Source of the DNA: the human T2T-CHM13v2.0 reference genome, Homo sapiens
DNA length: 64,000 bases
Reading direction: 5' to 3' (one strand)
NCBI RefSeq assembly: GCF_009914755.1
Contig: NC_060928.1
This document shows positions 11,925 to 23,512 of this stretch, piece after piece (within the stretch, counting starts at the first letter, position 1; every line of letters starts with the position of its first letter). Below the pieces are notes generated by a model that was not told the DNA's origin, did not search any database, and was given only the letters and a program-made list of their open reading frames with translations. Both the position numbers and the translations under genes were made by a program.

Positions 11925-13400
11925 GGAGACCACTGTTGAACCCCTGATACATACTATTTCAATTGGCCACTTGCTACGTGACTACATGATTGGCCATGAC
12001 TATGCTGGCTCCTTTCATCCCGAAAGGGCAATAGTTCATTCTCACAGTAATGGACACTTATTCCTTGCAGAAAAGGCTTTGCCTTTTCTTCTCACAGAAC
12101 CTCAGACAGAATCTCTCTTCTGTGACTTTCAGAGTTTCAGACTGAGTCATGGCATCCTAAATAGCAGAGCATCTGACCAGGAGACCCAGTTCATGGCAAA
12201 GGAGCTATGGGAGTGAATCTATGACCAGAAAAGTCCATGATCATATCACACATGGTGCCATCCAGAGTCTGTAATCCAATTTCATATAAGAATGTCTGCT
12301 GAAGTCTCAGCCAGGCCAGCTCAGAGGCGTTACTCTGAGTGTGGGTTGCCATTCTTCAGGAGGCAGTGTACTCGCTGGTCAGAGAACCCTACCTGTCCCT
12401 GTATCCTCCATAGGGGAAACAGACTTACCTAAGTCTGAGAATCAAAGTATGGAAGCAAGAATGGCCTCAGTTACCATTGTTCTCAATGACCTATGGAAAG
12501 ACTTTGTGTTTCTTGTCCCTGCAACTCTGTGTTTGATAGGGTGAAGAGGTTATATCCCCAAAGAGGGTGCATTCCTTCCAGGGGTCACTTCAAAGGCCCC
12601 ACTGAAATATATGCTATGGCTGCTGTCTGGAAACTTTGGACCCCTCATGTCCAGATTCATAATGAGAGAAGAGTCACCATCTAGGCTGGGGTGATGGACA
12701 CTGATTAGTGGTGTTTACTGTGGCTTCTGTTGTCCAGTGGAGGTGAGGAGGTCTATGAATAGACCTCAAGTGATCTAGTTCGGCTTCCTTAATAGCTCCT
12801 TGCCCCAGTGTGACTGTGTAAGTCCAGCAAACCTAGTCAGAGAAGGGAATGGTTTCCAGAGCTCAAGCCACCCAGGAATTAAGGTTTGGGTCACCATTCC
12901 CAGGTAAGCCACTATGATGATTAATTTTATTTTTGTGTCAATGTGGCTAGGCTACAGTGTCAGGCTGTTTAATCAAATGCTAGGTGTTGCTGTGAAGGTA
13001 TTTTGTGGATGTGGTTAACATCTACAATCAATGCATTTTAAATGAAGTAGATTACCCTCAATAATTTAGGTGGGCCTAATGAGTCAGTCGAAGGTGTTAA
13101 GAGCAGAAACTGAGGTTTCCTTGAGGAAGAAGCAGAAAATTCTGCCAGCGGACTGCAGAAGTAGCTCCAGCCTGAGTTTCCGGTCCACCAGCCTGCCCTG
13201 CAGATTTCAGACTTGCCTAGCCAGACTCTACGATTGAGTAAGCCAATTCCTTAAATTACACAGAGAGAGAATCATTAGTCCTGTTTTTCTGGAGAACACT
13301 GACTGATATAGCCATCCAGACCAGCAGATGTGATATAGCCACCCAGTCCAGCAGAAGGGAGTTTAGAACGATTAACAGAAGTGGGAATGATGACTGTCCG
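11925..13400 (+). pseudogene. Degraded ERVL-class internal region (integrase and downstream pol/dUTPase-like part; HERV16/ERV3-16A3-like), split by MLT2D
   Basis: ORF 11923-12216 contains HGILNSRASDQETQFMAKELWE, matching ERVL integrase HGIPHSIASDQGTHFTAKEVW. ggaattaaggtttgggtcacc (~12875) reads GIKVWVT, like ERVL GMKVWVTPPG. Many frameshifts and stops. Confidence 0.75.
12913..13310 (+). mobile_element. MLT2D solo LTR nested in the ERVL internal sequence
   Basis: T(A)TGATGATTAATTTT...gttgctgtgaaggtattttgtggatgtggttaacatctacaatca...ctggagaacactgactgatata; 5-bp TSD GCCAC (12908-12912) / GCCAT (13311-13315). Confidence 0.9.
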
Positions 13401-13424
13401 TTGCAACCCCAAGAGCAACTGAAA

Positions 13425-13785
13425 TGAATGTTGTGCCTCACAGCATGCTTCTCCCAGGCATGCCTTAGCCAATGATGGAACATCACAGGAGTACTAGAGC
13501 CTAGTACTTCCAACACAGGACTTCTTTAAGGGACATTGCAACAGAGTCCCTACTGTGTTGATGGAGACTTAGAGATCTGTATCATGGCAGGGGCTCTCCC
13601 TGCTCAATCTTGCTTCCCTCTTTTACTTTCACGGGGGTCAGATCTGCATCAGAGTTGGAAAGATTTTCTTGCCCAATTCTTCTCTTGCCTCTCCTTTTCC
13701 TTTTACAGGCCTTACTCCCTAGTAAATTGCTTGTGCTCCTACATCTGTCTCAGCATGTGCTTCCTGGAAGACCCAGCAGACACCA
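13425..13785 (+). mobile_element. LTR16-family 3' LTR of the ERVL remnant
   Basis: cctgctcaatcttgcttccctc...agtaaattgcttgtgctcctacatctgtctcagcatgtgcttcctggaagaccc, typical LTR16 3' end; follows the internal region in the same orientation. Confidence 0.65.
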
Positions 13786-14779
13786 CATCCTTCTGTCCTT
13801 ATAAAACATTTCCCATTTCTGTGTAAGTTAGCCCTAGTTACTATCTATTTCTTGAACTACAAAGAGGTTTAACTTGAAAATATCTTATATTTCTTTGCCT
13901 TCATTATGTTTCTGGGATTCTTTAACATTTACTTGCCCTTTGTTCATCTTAAATCTGACATGACCTACACCCGAATTGCAATTGGTGACTGATTGTCTTT
14001 TATGTGTTGTTCATAATTCCTGCCTGCTTCCCTTACTCTTCCAACAAGGTTCTAAGCTCTGAAATAAATCTGGATATATCTTCTGCTTTTTCTATATTTC
14101 TACTGGGGCCTGGAACAGCAGCAGTATGTGTATGTGTGTGTGCGTGCACATGTGTGTCTACACTGGAGAGATGAGATTAAATAGTCAAGGTAAGGTCATA
14201 TTTTTAAAAAATAAAATAAATATTTGCATACTTGCTGTAGCAGAAAATAGTTTACACTTATATTTGCAGATGGATCATTCTGGATTTATTTAGAAAAACT
14301 GGGAAATGCCCTCCTCTGGAGAAAAGATTCCAAAGATTTGTTGCATACATAAGCCTTTTAGACTAAATATTGACAGCAGCCTCCTAGGCGTAGAGTACTT
14401 TAAAGTTTCAAGAATCATGCAAACACCATATAATCAGTGCAAGACGTTCTTGTTTTAACTTTTAGGGTCAGACTACCTGCATTTTAGGTCATGCAGACTT
14501 AAGCTTAGTCTAGAAACTAGTTATACACATTGCATCCCAGGTTTTTCCTTTGTAAATAGAATTTAAAGCATTAGGAACATTTCCAAAACAATGCCAATAG
14601 GCCAGACAGAGCCTCCGCTCAAGAATTATTTGATCAACAAATGTGCTGATCCTGTGAATCAGGCATTTTCTTGGGCACTGGACATGGAAATTTTAAGAAA
14701 TACCCATACATCCTGACCTTAAGGGATGGGCAGTTCACTGAGCTAGTTTTAAATTTAGATGCATAGTCTCTTTGGGTTA

Positions 14780-14980
14780 ATAAAAGCATTCAGAATTAGA
14801 GCTAATAATGGGTTCTGTTACTTATCAGTGCTACCTACTTAGGAAATAAATTAACTTTTCTGAGCTTCTTTTTCATCTTTCCCTTGTGGATTAAAATGCT
14901 TATTTCCTGAGATTGTTATGAATATAAAATGAGACAATGCTGTGTAAAGCACATGCTAAAATATCCGAAATATACAGGAT
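14780..14980 (+). mobile_element. MIR relic
   Basis: ttaggaaataaattaacttttctgagctt...gattgttatgaatataaaatgagacaatgc. Confidence 0.6.
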
Positions 14981-17168
14981 GCACTTTTCCTTAAAATATT
15001 GCTTTAGCTTCCGTTCTTCACCACCCAATCACTGATATTCACTTATATACACACACACCCCCCCACACAAATATGTTCTCTCAATATACAATTTGGTAGA
15101 ATTGTCACACAAAACAATTTTTACAATTAATATATTTCCTGAAATCAAAGGGTAAACATTTAAACTGCAATTATGAAGCAACTAAGAGCACATTCTCTTT
15201 CTAATTTTGGCAACCTGCTATGGCTGGAAAAGTCTGGAAGAAAAGAAGTAAGATTTTCCAACAACCAAACAGGTTAATGCTGGGTGATGGCATTCTGCTC
15301 CTAGAAGACTATGGAATTTGCTAATGTCCCAAACTACCTGAGATCTCTGTGGTCATCTACCTTTTACTTGGGCAGAAGTCTTCGAGAACAGGAAAATATC
15401 TTTACCAGCATAATAGCTCGAGTTTCTGCAGAACTGGCTTTGACACTTGCCTCTTCTGAGAACTTGTACAAGTTGGCTGTCCTCTCTCAGCTTCACTCTT
15501 CACTCTCCTCTGTAGTAAGAGGTGACTAATGATGCCTCCCTTGCAGGCTTGTTCTGAGGATCCAGTGAACACTAGTATAAGAAAAACCTGAGAGCAAAGA
15601 CTGCCTCTGTGCAACTCATAGCTTTATTTTCTTCCTTAGTTTATTATTCATGAATCATCATCTGTTGTATAGCTCAATTGCCAAAGCCCCATCAGTGTGG
15701 GTCAACAAAATACAGTTACATGTCTATTAAATATCCAAATTAGAGTGGCTTTAAAACTCTACTTACTCACATAGCATAAACTCAGCTTTTTTCTTCACCA
15801 AATGTCTAACCTATGTGGCTTAGGGGTCGGTTAGCGGATCCTGTGTTCTTACTTTAAACTGTTAATAGAAGGAGAACTGAATGCCCTTAGTGTTTATGTT
15901 TGCAGCCACCAACCCCACAGACAGTCCCTCCTTCTGCTCTTGCTGCACTAGGGCCACCGTCTCACAGCTGGTATTGACCATCTGCTGAAGTTCTAAAACC
16001 CACAGCAATGTGCGTCCCACTGAGCTGTTGGCTCTGGTATCCCAGGTGCCTTCCTTTCTGTTCCTCCCGCCCCACCTCCCAGGCCATGGCAGGGAGATAG
16101 TTCTTCTTTTAGGGTGCTGCTTAGCTATCCTGTTTAGGCCTCCAGATACATCTTCGATGGGACAGTGTTTTAGATTTGCACAATCTAACCATTTTCCCCC
16201 AAGACATGCATTCACAGTGCCTGAGTTCTGATCTGGACAGCTTTTAGTAATGGCTGCATATTAGGGAGGAAACCAGCACTCACTGCCCATCTCCGCCCCA
16301 TGGACTTCCCTTGGACCCTTCTCTTGGAGACTCCTCTTTGGGCTGCCCAGTCCTTCCTGTGTCCTGGGTCAGGGTCACTATAGTCTATCAGACCTTTTAT
16401 AACTTTGGACTTTGAAGGGAAGTAGACGAAGTTTTGATTATTTTCTTCCCTCTGTGCCCTTCTAACCATAGGTAAATCTTTGGAATCCAGGAGATAAATG
16501 ATTTGCATCCCTGTTCTATGTTCTTTGGGAAATAATCTGAGCCCCAAATGCCAGTGGACACATTGGATGTTGGGTGAGGGCACTTCCTCTTGAAACCAGC
16601 TCAGAAGCAGCCAGATTTCCCTGATCCAAGCCTCTCTCAACTTTCTGAGGCTAAAGTATTTGAGCAGGGATTGGAGAACAAACAAGCCACTATGCAGAAG
16701 CAGGTTGGAAAGCATTATGGGCAGATGGAAAGTACAAAGATGAAAACTCATGCTGCATTTGGAAAGCAGCAGGTATTTCAATGCGTGCAGAATGTAAGGT
16801 GAGCAGTGGGACCATTAGCAGATGAGGTTGAAAATGTACTGGACTCTGTACTGTAGAACTCAGAAAGACTGTGAATGCTATATTAGGGAATTGGGAGTTT
16901 ATCCAGTGGCTATTGGGGCCACTGTTGGAGATTACTTAGCACACAGCAATGATGCTGGGTTAATCAGATCAGGCCAGGCATTTCTAGCATGTAAGAATTT
17001 GGAGTCAAAGCCCTTTCTACTTCCAGGCCTGTACACATGCGTACCCTGCACACATGCATACCCTGCAAACAGGGCAGCCCAAAGGGCGTCTTATATAACA
17101 GGATGGCACCATATCCACATGGGCTGAGATTGCTGTGTGTCTCTTCTTTAAACACATCCTTTTCTTCA

Positions 17169-17169
<1 letters not shown>

Positions 17170-17229
<60 letters not shown>

Positions 17230-17352
17230 TTCTTTCTTTCTTTCTTTCCTTCCTTCCTTCCTACCTCCCTCTTTCTTTCTTTCTTCCTTCCTTCCTTTCT
17301 TTCTTCCTTCCTTCCTTTCTTTTTCTTTTCCTTTCTTTCTCTCTTTCTTTCC

Positions 17353-17395
<43 letters not shown>

Positions 17396-17427
17396 TCACT
17401 TTCTTTCCTTTCTTTTTTCTTTCCCTT
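17170..17427. repeat. (CTTT)n/(CCTT)n polypyrimidine tract
   Basis: ~258 bp with only 2 purines; perfect (CTTT)15 at 17171-17230. Confidence 0.98.
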
Positions 17428-17879
17428 GAAGAATTGGATGGAGAAGCCATCTTAACACTTTGAAAGATAAAAAAAATCATCTTGCTAATGTCTGCTTATA
17501 TTGATTAAACATTGGTAAACAATTATAGTTTCAAATAGTGTTAAAGCTAGAAGTGAGCATGAAGGGAAGCAGCCTTTAACTTTTCACATACACACTGTAA
17601 CTTTACAGCTCTTACTGAACTTTGCTGTTTATAGATCTGTACTTATGACTAGGCTTTGCACTTCTTGAAGGTAGGATTTATATTTTAAATTATTGTGTTC
17701 CCAGCCTCTACTTTTGTGCTTAACTCGTAACAGGTATAATGACTGTTTATTCAATGAAGAATTAAATCAGCAAATCCACTACTATAGTCTCCTCGTTGAT
17801 GAGCAACAGACCATGAGATTATTTAGAATCTCTTGCCAATTTCTTTACTCTGGAGCTGACTGTCACAGCATCCTCTTCC

Positions 17880-18375
17880 CTATATAGGGTTATAGGTTGG
17901 AGGGAGCTGAGGATGAATGTGTGCCCTGTGAGAAGGTTAAAGGGAAGAAGCAGTCATCACCTGCTGAATTCTATTGCTGGCTACAGGAGATGAGAGCCCA
18001 ATGCAGGGTTGCCAGGAGTTTCCTGCTTGTCCATTGTCTTCCCCACTCTGTGTCCAGTTCTCTTTTCTGATCACTGGTCCTGATAAGCACTCTGACCCCC
18101 CACCTACCACCAAAGTGCTTTACTGCAAATTTAAATAGATAAATCTATAAAAAGCTAAGAAGCTTCCATGGACTTTTCTATACCTGCCTCCTCTACAGTC
18201 CCAATTCAGCAGCTGGGTGTGCCAGTTTCAAGATTTTCTTGCAAGCTCTGACCCTCTCATCCATGCCAGGGCTGGCTAGGGTACACCAGCTGTCTAAGGT
18301 CTAATTCTTATAAATCTCTACTTCAGTAAAATTCATAGAAGTTCTGTTAGTCTGAATGAACTCTAACTGATATGT
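17880..18375 (+). mobile_element. LTR33-like ERVL LTR relic
   Basis: 3' end ttcttataaatctctacttc...catagaagttctgttagtctgaatgaactctaactgata resembles the LTR33 terminus. Confidence 0.5.
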
Positions 18376-18442
18376 GTGTATAACACATTTTATTTAGAAT
18401 ATAAATATGGCTTATATATCTGTATAAGTTTTATTCTTCTTC

Positions 18443-18744
18443 TTTTTTTTTTTTTTTTTTTTGAAATGGAGTCTTGCTCTGTCACACAGGCTCAGGTACA
18501 GTAGCACAATCTTGGCTCGATGCAACCTCTGCCTCCTGGGTTCAAGATATTCTCATGCCTCAGCCTCCTGAATAGCTGGGATTACAGGCATGCACCACCA
18601 GTCCTGGTTGATTTTTGCATTTTTAGCAGAGACAGGGTTTCACCATGTTGGCCAGGCTGGTCTCGAACTCCTGGCCTCAGCTAATCAGCCCGCCTCGGTC
18701 TCCCAAAGTGCTGAGATTAAAGACGTGAGTCAGTATGCCGGGCC
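18443..18744 (-). mobile_element. Alu (old S/J type), full length
   Basis: Poly-T plus reverse Alu dimer; TSD aagttttattcttctt (18426-18441) / aagttttattattctt (18745-18760). Confidence 0.95.
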
Positions 18745-19131
18745 AAGTTTTATTATTCTTAAAGTTTGATCATTTCTATGGCTTCATAAGCATACAAACC
18801 CACTGGAGGAAGGAATCATTGCTGTAGTTACAAAACACTAGCTTTTGGACCCAGTTTTTCATTAGGCTTCCCTGTTCTCATTGGCCCTGGAGTTTTAGTT
18901 GGAGTTATTTCACAAGTCAAAAGGTAGATCCTGAAAGATGTCATTCTTACTCAGATCAGGAAAACCACAGCTGAGTGTTTCTTGTAAGCTCCAAAGCGTG
19001 TGTCTACTATGGCCAACCACAGCAATCATGTTCTCATAGCCTAGTTCACAGAGGAGAGGGGGAAGTGGGGCTGTGACAAATGCTGAAGAGCCTGTCTCTG
19101 AGTCAGAATTAAGTTATGCAAGCACATGCAA

Positions 19132-19133
<2 letters not shown>

Positions 19134-19176
<43 letters not shown>
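19134..19176. repeat. (CA)~21 microsatellite
   Basis: Uninterrupted CA run. Confidence 0.98.
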
Positions 19177-19178
<2 letters not shown>

Positions 19179-19385
19179 CACATACTGCAGTTCAATTAGG
19201 GAAGAAGATCCTCCATGAGAATTATGGGATCAGAGCTTCATAGGAATTAGACCTTAGAAAACTGGTCTGCACTCACCAGCCCCAGTGCTGGTGAGCAAGT
19301 CAGAGCTTGCAGGAAAACTTCAGAGGTAGACACATTTATTCACTCTATTGAAACTGTGGAGGAAGCTGGTACAGAAAAGTCTGTG

Positions 19386-20099
19386 GATATCTCTTTAACA
19401 TACTAATTCAATTTTTTGGGATATATACCTAGTAGTAGGATTGCTGGATTATATGATAGTTCTATTTCTATTTTTAAAATTTTATGGACCTCCATAATGG
19501 CTTTGCTAATTTGCATTTCCCTTGAAAATTGTGGTAGGATTCCTTTTTCTCCACATCTTCATCAACACTTGTTATCTTTTGTAATTTCTTTTATCATAGC
19601 CATTCTAACAAGTGTAAGAGGATACCTTGTTGTGGTTTTAATTTGCACTGTCCTCATAATTAGTGGTGTTGAGCATTTATTTATATACCTGTTGGCCATT
19701 TGTATGTCTTCTTTTGAGAAACGTCTATTCAATTCCTTTGCCCATTTTTAAATCAGGTTATTTGTTTTCTTATTATTGAGTTGTTTGGGTTTCTTATGTA
19801 TTTTGGATGTTAACCCATTATCAGATCCATGGTTTGCAAATATTTTCTCCCATTCCGTAGGTGGTCTTTTCACTCTGTTGACTATTCTCTTCACTGTGTA
19901 GAAACTTTTAAGTTTGATATAATGTTGTTTGTCTATTTTTACTTTTGTTGCCTGTGCTGTAGGGGTCATACCCAAGAAGTAATTGACCAGACCAATGTTG
20001 TGGAGCTTTCCCCCTATGTCTCTCTAGTAGTTTTACAGTTTAATTCCTTAATCCATTTTGAGTTAATTTTTATGTAAGGTGTGAGATAAGGCTCTAGTT
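19386..20099 (-). mobile_element. L1MA-type LINE, inverted 5' segment (ORF2 C-terminal region)
   Basis: Reverse ORF 19748-19975 (MGMTPTAQATKVKIDKQHYIKLKSF...RVKRPPTEWEKIFANH) is L1 ORF2p C-terminal sequence. Confidence 0.9.
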
Positions 20100-21020
20100 T
20101 CAGTATGTCAAAAAACATCCCACTCCCCTGTTAATTGCAACTTTATTCACAATAACCAAGATATGGAATCAAACTAGGTGTCCATCAATGGAGGAATGAT
20201 AAAGAAAATTTGCTATACATACACAATGGCATACTACTCAGCCTTGAAAAGAAAGAAATCATGTCATTTGAGACAGCATGTGTGAACCTGGAGGACGCTA
20301 TGTTAAGTGAAATAATTCAGGTACAGGAAGACAAATACTGCATGATCTCACTTTTATGTGGAATCTAAAAAGAAATCTTAAATTCAGTCAGGCACGGTGG
20401 CTTACGCTTCTAATCCCAGCACTTTGGGAGGCCGAGGCGGGTGGACCGCCTGAGTCCAAGAGTTTGAGACCAGCCTGGCCAACATGGTGAAACCCCGTCT
20501 CTACTAAAAATATAAAAACTAGCCGGGCATGGTGGTGGGCGCCTGTAATCCTAGCTACTTGGGAGGGTGAGGCAGGAGAATTGATTGAACCCAGGAGACA
20601 GAGGTTGCCGTGAGCCAACGTGGTGCCACTGCACTCCAGCCTCAGCGACTGAGTAGAGACTCCGTCTAAAAAAAAAAAATCTTAAATTCACAGAAACAGA
20701 GAATAGAATGGTGGTTACCAAGGTCTGTGGGGGATCCAGTTGAGGATACGTTGATGGGTCAACTGCCTCTTCGAACAAAAAGATATACAATTTAAGTTAG
20801 ATAGGAGGAATACATTCAAGAGATCTATTTTATAACATGATGACCATAGTTAATAACAAGGTATTTTATTCTTGAATATTGCTGAAAGTAAATTGTCAGT
20901 GTTCTTACCACAAGAAATGTTAGTATCTGAAGTTATGTATATGTAAACTAGCTCAGTTGAGTAATTTAGCCATTACACAATGTATACATATTTTTTTAAA
21001 AAAACAGAAAATAAAAAGAA
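20100..21020 (+). mobile_element. L1MA-type LINE 3' segment (ORF2 end and 3' UTR), interrupted by an Alu
   Basis: ttattcacaataaccaagatatggaatcaa...tgaacctggaggacgctatgttaagtgaaataa...gttagataggaggaatacattcaagagatcta. Confidence 0.9.
20387..20679 (+). mobile_element. AluS (Sx-like) inserted in L1
   Basis: Full dimer with poly-A; perfect TSD aaatcttaaattca at 20373-20386 and 20677-20690. Confidence 0.97.
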
Positions 21021-21389
21021 AACAATGTATGCAGTTCTGCATAGAAATCTCTAACATGTATGTATTGTTTAAACCAGTTTTCTAAGTGTGTATATTTAAA
21101 ACTTTCAGAGGCAAATATACATTCGTGAACAAATGATGAATGAGTCAGAATCAAATGCTCAGTTGACAATATTAATGGTGCCTTGTTAGTTTGCAGCTTT
21201 TATAAAATGTTATGATGCTTATAATAATAACAGTTTCCAACATGTACAGGCGCTAGGGGTTATTTCTATATTTGTAAGGTTTCACCACACTTAAATTCAG
21301 TAAAGCTATTTAACGCCTCTGCCTGCAAAAACTGTCTGTGGAAGGTCATTAGCCAATTGTAGATGCATCTCTGAATTTTCAGCAAAGCA

Positions 21390-21492
21390 TCTCTCTCTCT
21401 CTCTCTCTGCCTTTCTCTCTCTCTCTCTGCCTGTCTCTCTCTGTCTCTCACACGCACACACACACATACAGAAACACATACCCTCATACACA
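21390..21492. repeat. Compound (TC)n(CA)n microsatellite
   Basis: Seen directly. Confidence 0.9.
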
Positions 21493-22858
21493 CTTGAAGT
21501 TACTATAAAAATCCCATGCTTTTATCATTGGTTAGCCTCTTCTACTTTTATATGACATTAGATTTTCTGGTTTAAGAGCTAATTTTCCCAGAAACAAGAA
21601 TAATAAAATTATCACAACAATTTTTTTAACATTTTAATGATATTCTAATCTTTCTAAAGCACTTTTACTTTTGGAACTAACCACAATGGGCAGGTATGGG
21701 CCCCACAATGGGCACTGCAACCAGTGCCCGCACTGGACTGGATGTTATTCCTCTTCAGCAGAAGATGAAGGCCCAATTGGTGAAGTGGCTCAGTGGAATC
21801 AGGACTTGAATGCAGATTCTGCTGAAGACCTGTCCAGGGAGAAACTGCTCTTCCCTATCATGCTGCTTCTCCTTAAACACCAAACCAGACCAAAAAATTA
21901 GAATTGTGTATACACATGCAAAATAAATGACATAGGTGCCTAATTTGAACTTCAAATAAATGCAATAATACTTATCCTAGATAAAGCAGAATTTGGAAGA
22001 TGATTTCAATAAATCCACAATTACATCTAGAATAAGTCTTCTTAACTGGGCACCCATCCATTCCTTGGCTTCTGGAAGTTCTCGGATGCCTTAAATTATA
22101 TGTACAATGTCTATAATGTAAGCACCCGAGAGAGGCCAACACATAATGGCTAGTTTATGTTGAGGTGCTGGATACTCATCTCCAACAGACTCTGTGTACC
22201 AACCCACATGGCCTCCTGAGGCACAGAGAAAACGAGTCTGTGCACAAGATTGCTCTACTCCCCTTATACAGAACAATACTTGAGTTCTGAGCAGCCCTCC
22301 TACCCCAAAGAGCAGAATCACTCTATCGTAGTGATGTTCTGGTTTCCCACCTTGGAATGGGAGGAATGTAATAAAAAACAAGCCCATTATCCCCATCAGA
22401 GCTCCTGCTGTTGGATACTTCCCGCCTTAACAGCTGAAAAAGAGGCAATTTCTGATGAGGAAATTGGATTGGGTTGAAGAAGAGTCACAAATACCTTCTT
22501 ATTTGCTCCTGAGCCACTAGTGTGTACTAGGGAATGCCTGGCCTCGACCTTTTCTGAGGTCAAGGCTGCTACAGAGGAATTTATTCATTCCTTAGGCTCA
22601 CATAAGAAGATATTTAACAGAAGTTTGTTGAACAAATGAGCTAAGTGTCAAGAACGACACAAGGAAGGAGCAGGGCAGAGTCAGCTCCTAGAGAGAAAGA
22701 GAGTTTTGTTATGCGGAGCTCACTTTTACTTCCCCTAGCAGATAACTTTCTCCTGCTTCTTAAAGAGGCCATGAGGTGGGGCAGGGGGGGAAGGGGATGG
22801 TGCTAGTTTAGGGAAAACTTTGGGATTATGCCATTACCCCCAAGTTTTTGCAATCAAC

Positions 22859-23243
22859 TGTTGGAAGAAAGATCTTAGACAAATTAAATTTAACAGAGTT
22901 TGTTTGAGCAAAGGAGCAATTTGCAATCAGGTAGCCTCCCGAAACAGACTCTGGTGCTGCTCTGTAGTATAAGATTTATGGAAAGAGAAAGGAAACTGAC
23001 ATACAGAAAACAGAAATGAGATACAGGGACAGCTGGATAGGTTACAGCTTAAAGTTGGCCTTATTTGAACACAGTTTGAACAGTTAACCATCTGTGATTG
23101 GCCTAAACTCAGTGATTGGCACAAAAGTAGGTTATGGTCTGTTTGTATACCCAGTTAGATTTCAGTTCACTGTGTATAGAGAAACCTTTAGGCACAATTT
23201 AAAATATGTAAGGGGGCAGCTTTAGGCTACATTTAGTTTAATA
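22859..23243 (-). mobile_element. MER57B-like ERV1 solo LTR
   Basis: Minus strand starts T(A)TTAAACTAAATGTAGCCTAAAGCTGCCCCCTTACATATTTTAA, like MER57; perfect 4-bp TSD CAAC at 22855-22858 and 23244-23247. Confidence 0.88.
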
Positions 23244-23482
23244 CAACCAATAAGTAGGATTCCTGGGCTGGGGGCAAATCCAAATGAATGAAAAGAAGCT
23301 CTGACCTGTCTGTGGTGCTTTCTACTTTTGCAAATGTCCTGTTCTGTGGAGAGCTGCATAAACCAAATAGCTGACATGAAAAATAACTTAGGGGAAAAGG
23401 AGACATATACTACGTGCCCAGTGAAGCAGGGAGAAACTTAGGGGCCATGGAATTTCGAGTAAGACTCACAGACTCACAGAGA

Positions 23483-23512
23483 GGGGAAAGGCGGGCGGGG
23501 GGGGGGGGGGGG
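23483..23512 (+). repeat. Poly-G tract (G16 at 23497-23512) with adjacent G-runs
   Basis: ggggaaaggcgggc followed by 16 G. Confidence 0.95.

Noticed and set aside
16212-16781. 189-aa minus-strand ORF
   Set aside because: No recognisable domain, no promoter or exon context, overlaps a probable L2 relic; within chance for 64 kb
17037-17480. Phe/Leu/Ser-rich and Lys/Glu/Arg-rich ORFs
   Set aside because: Artefacts of (CTTT)n
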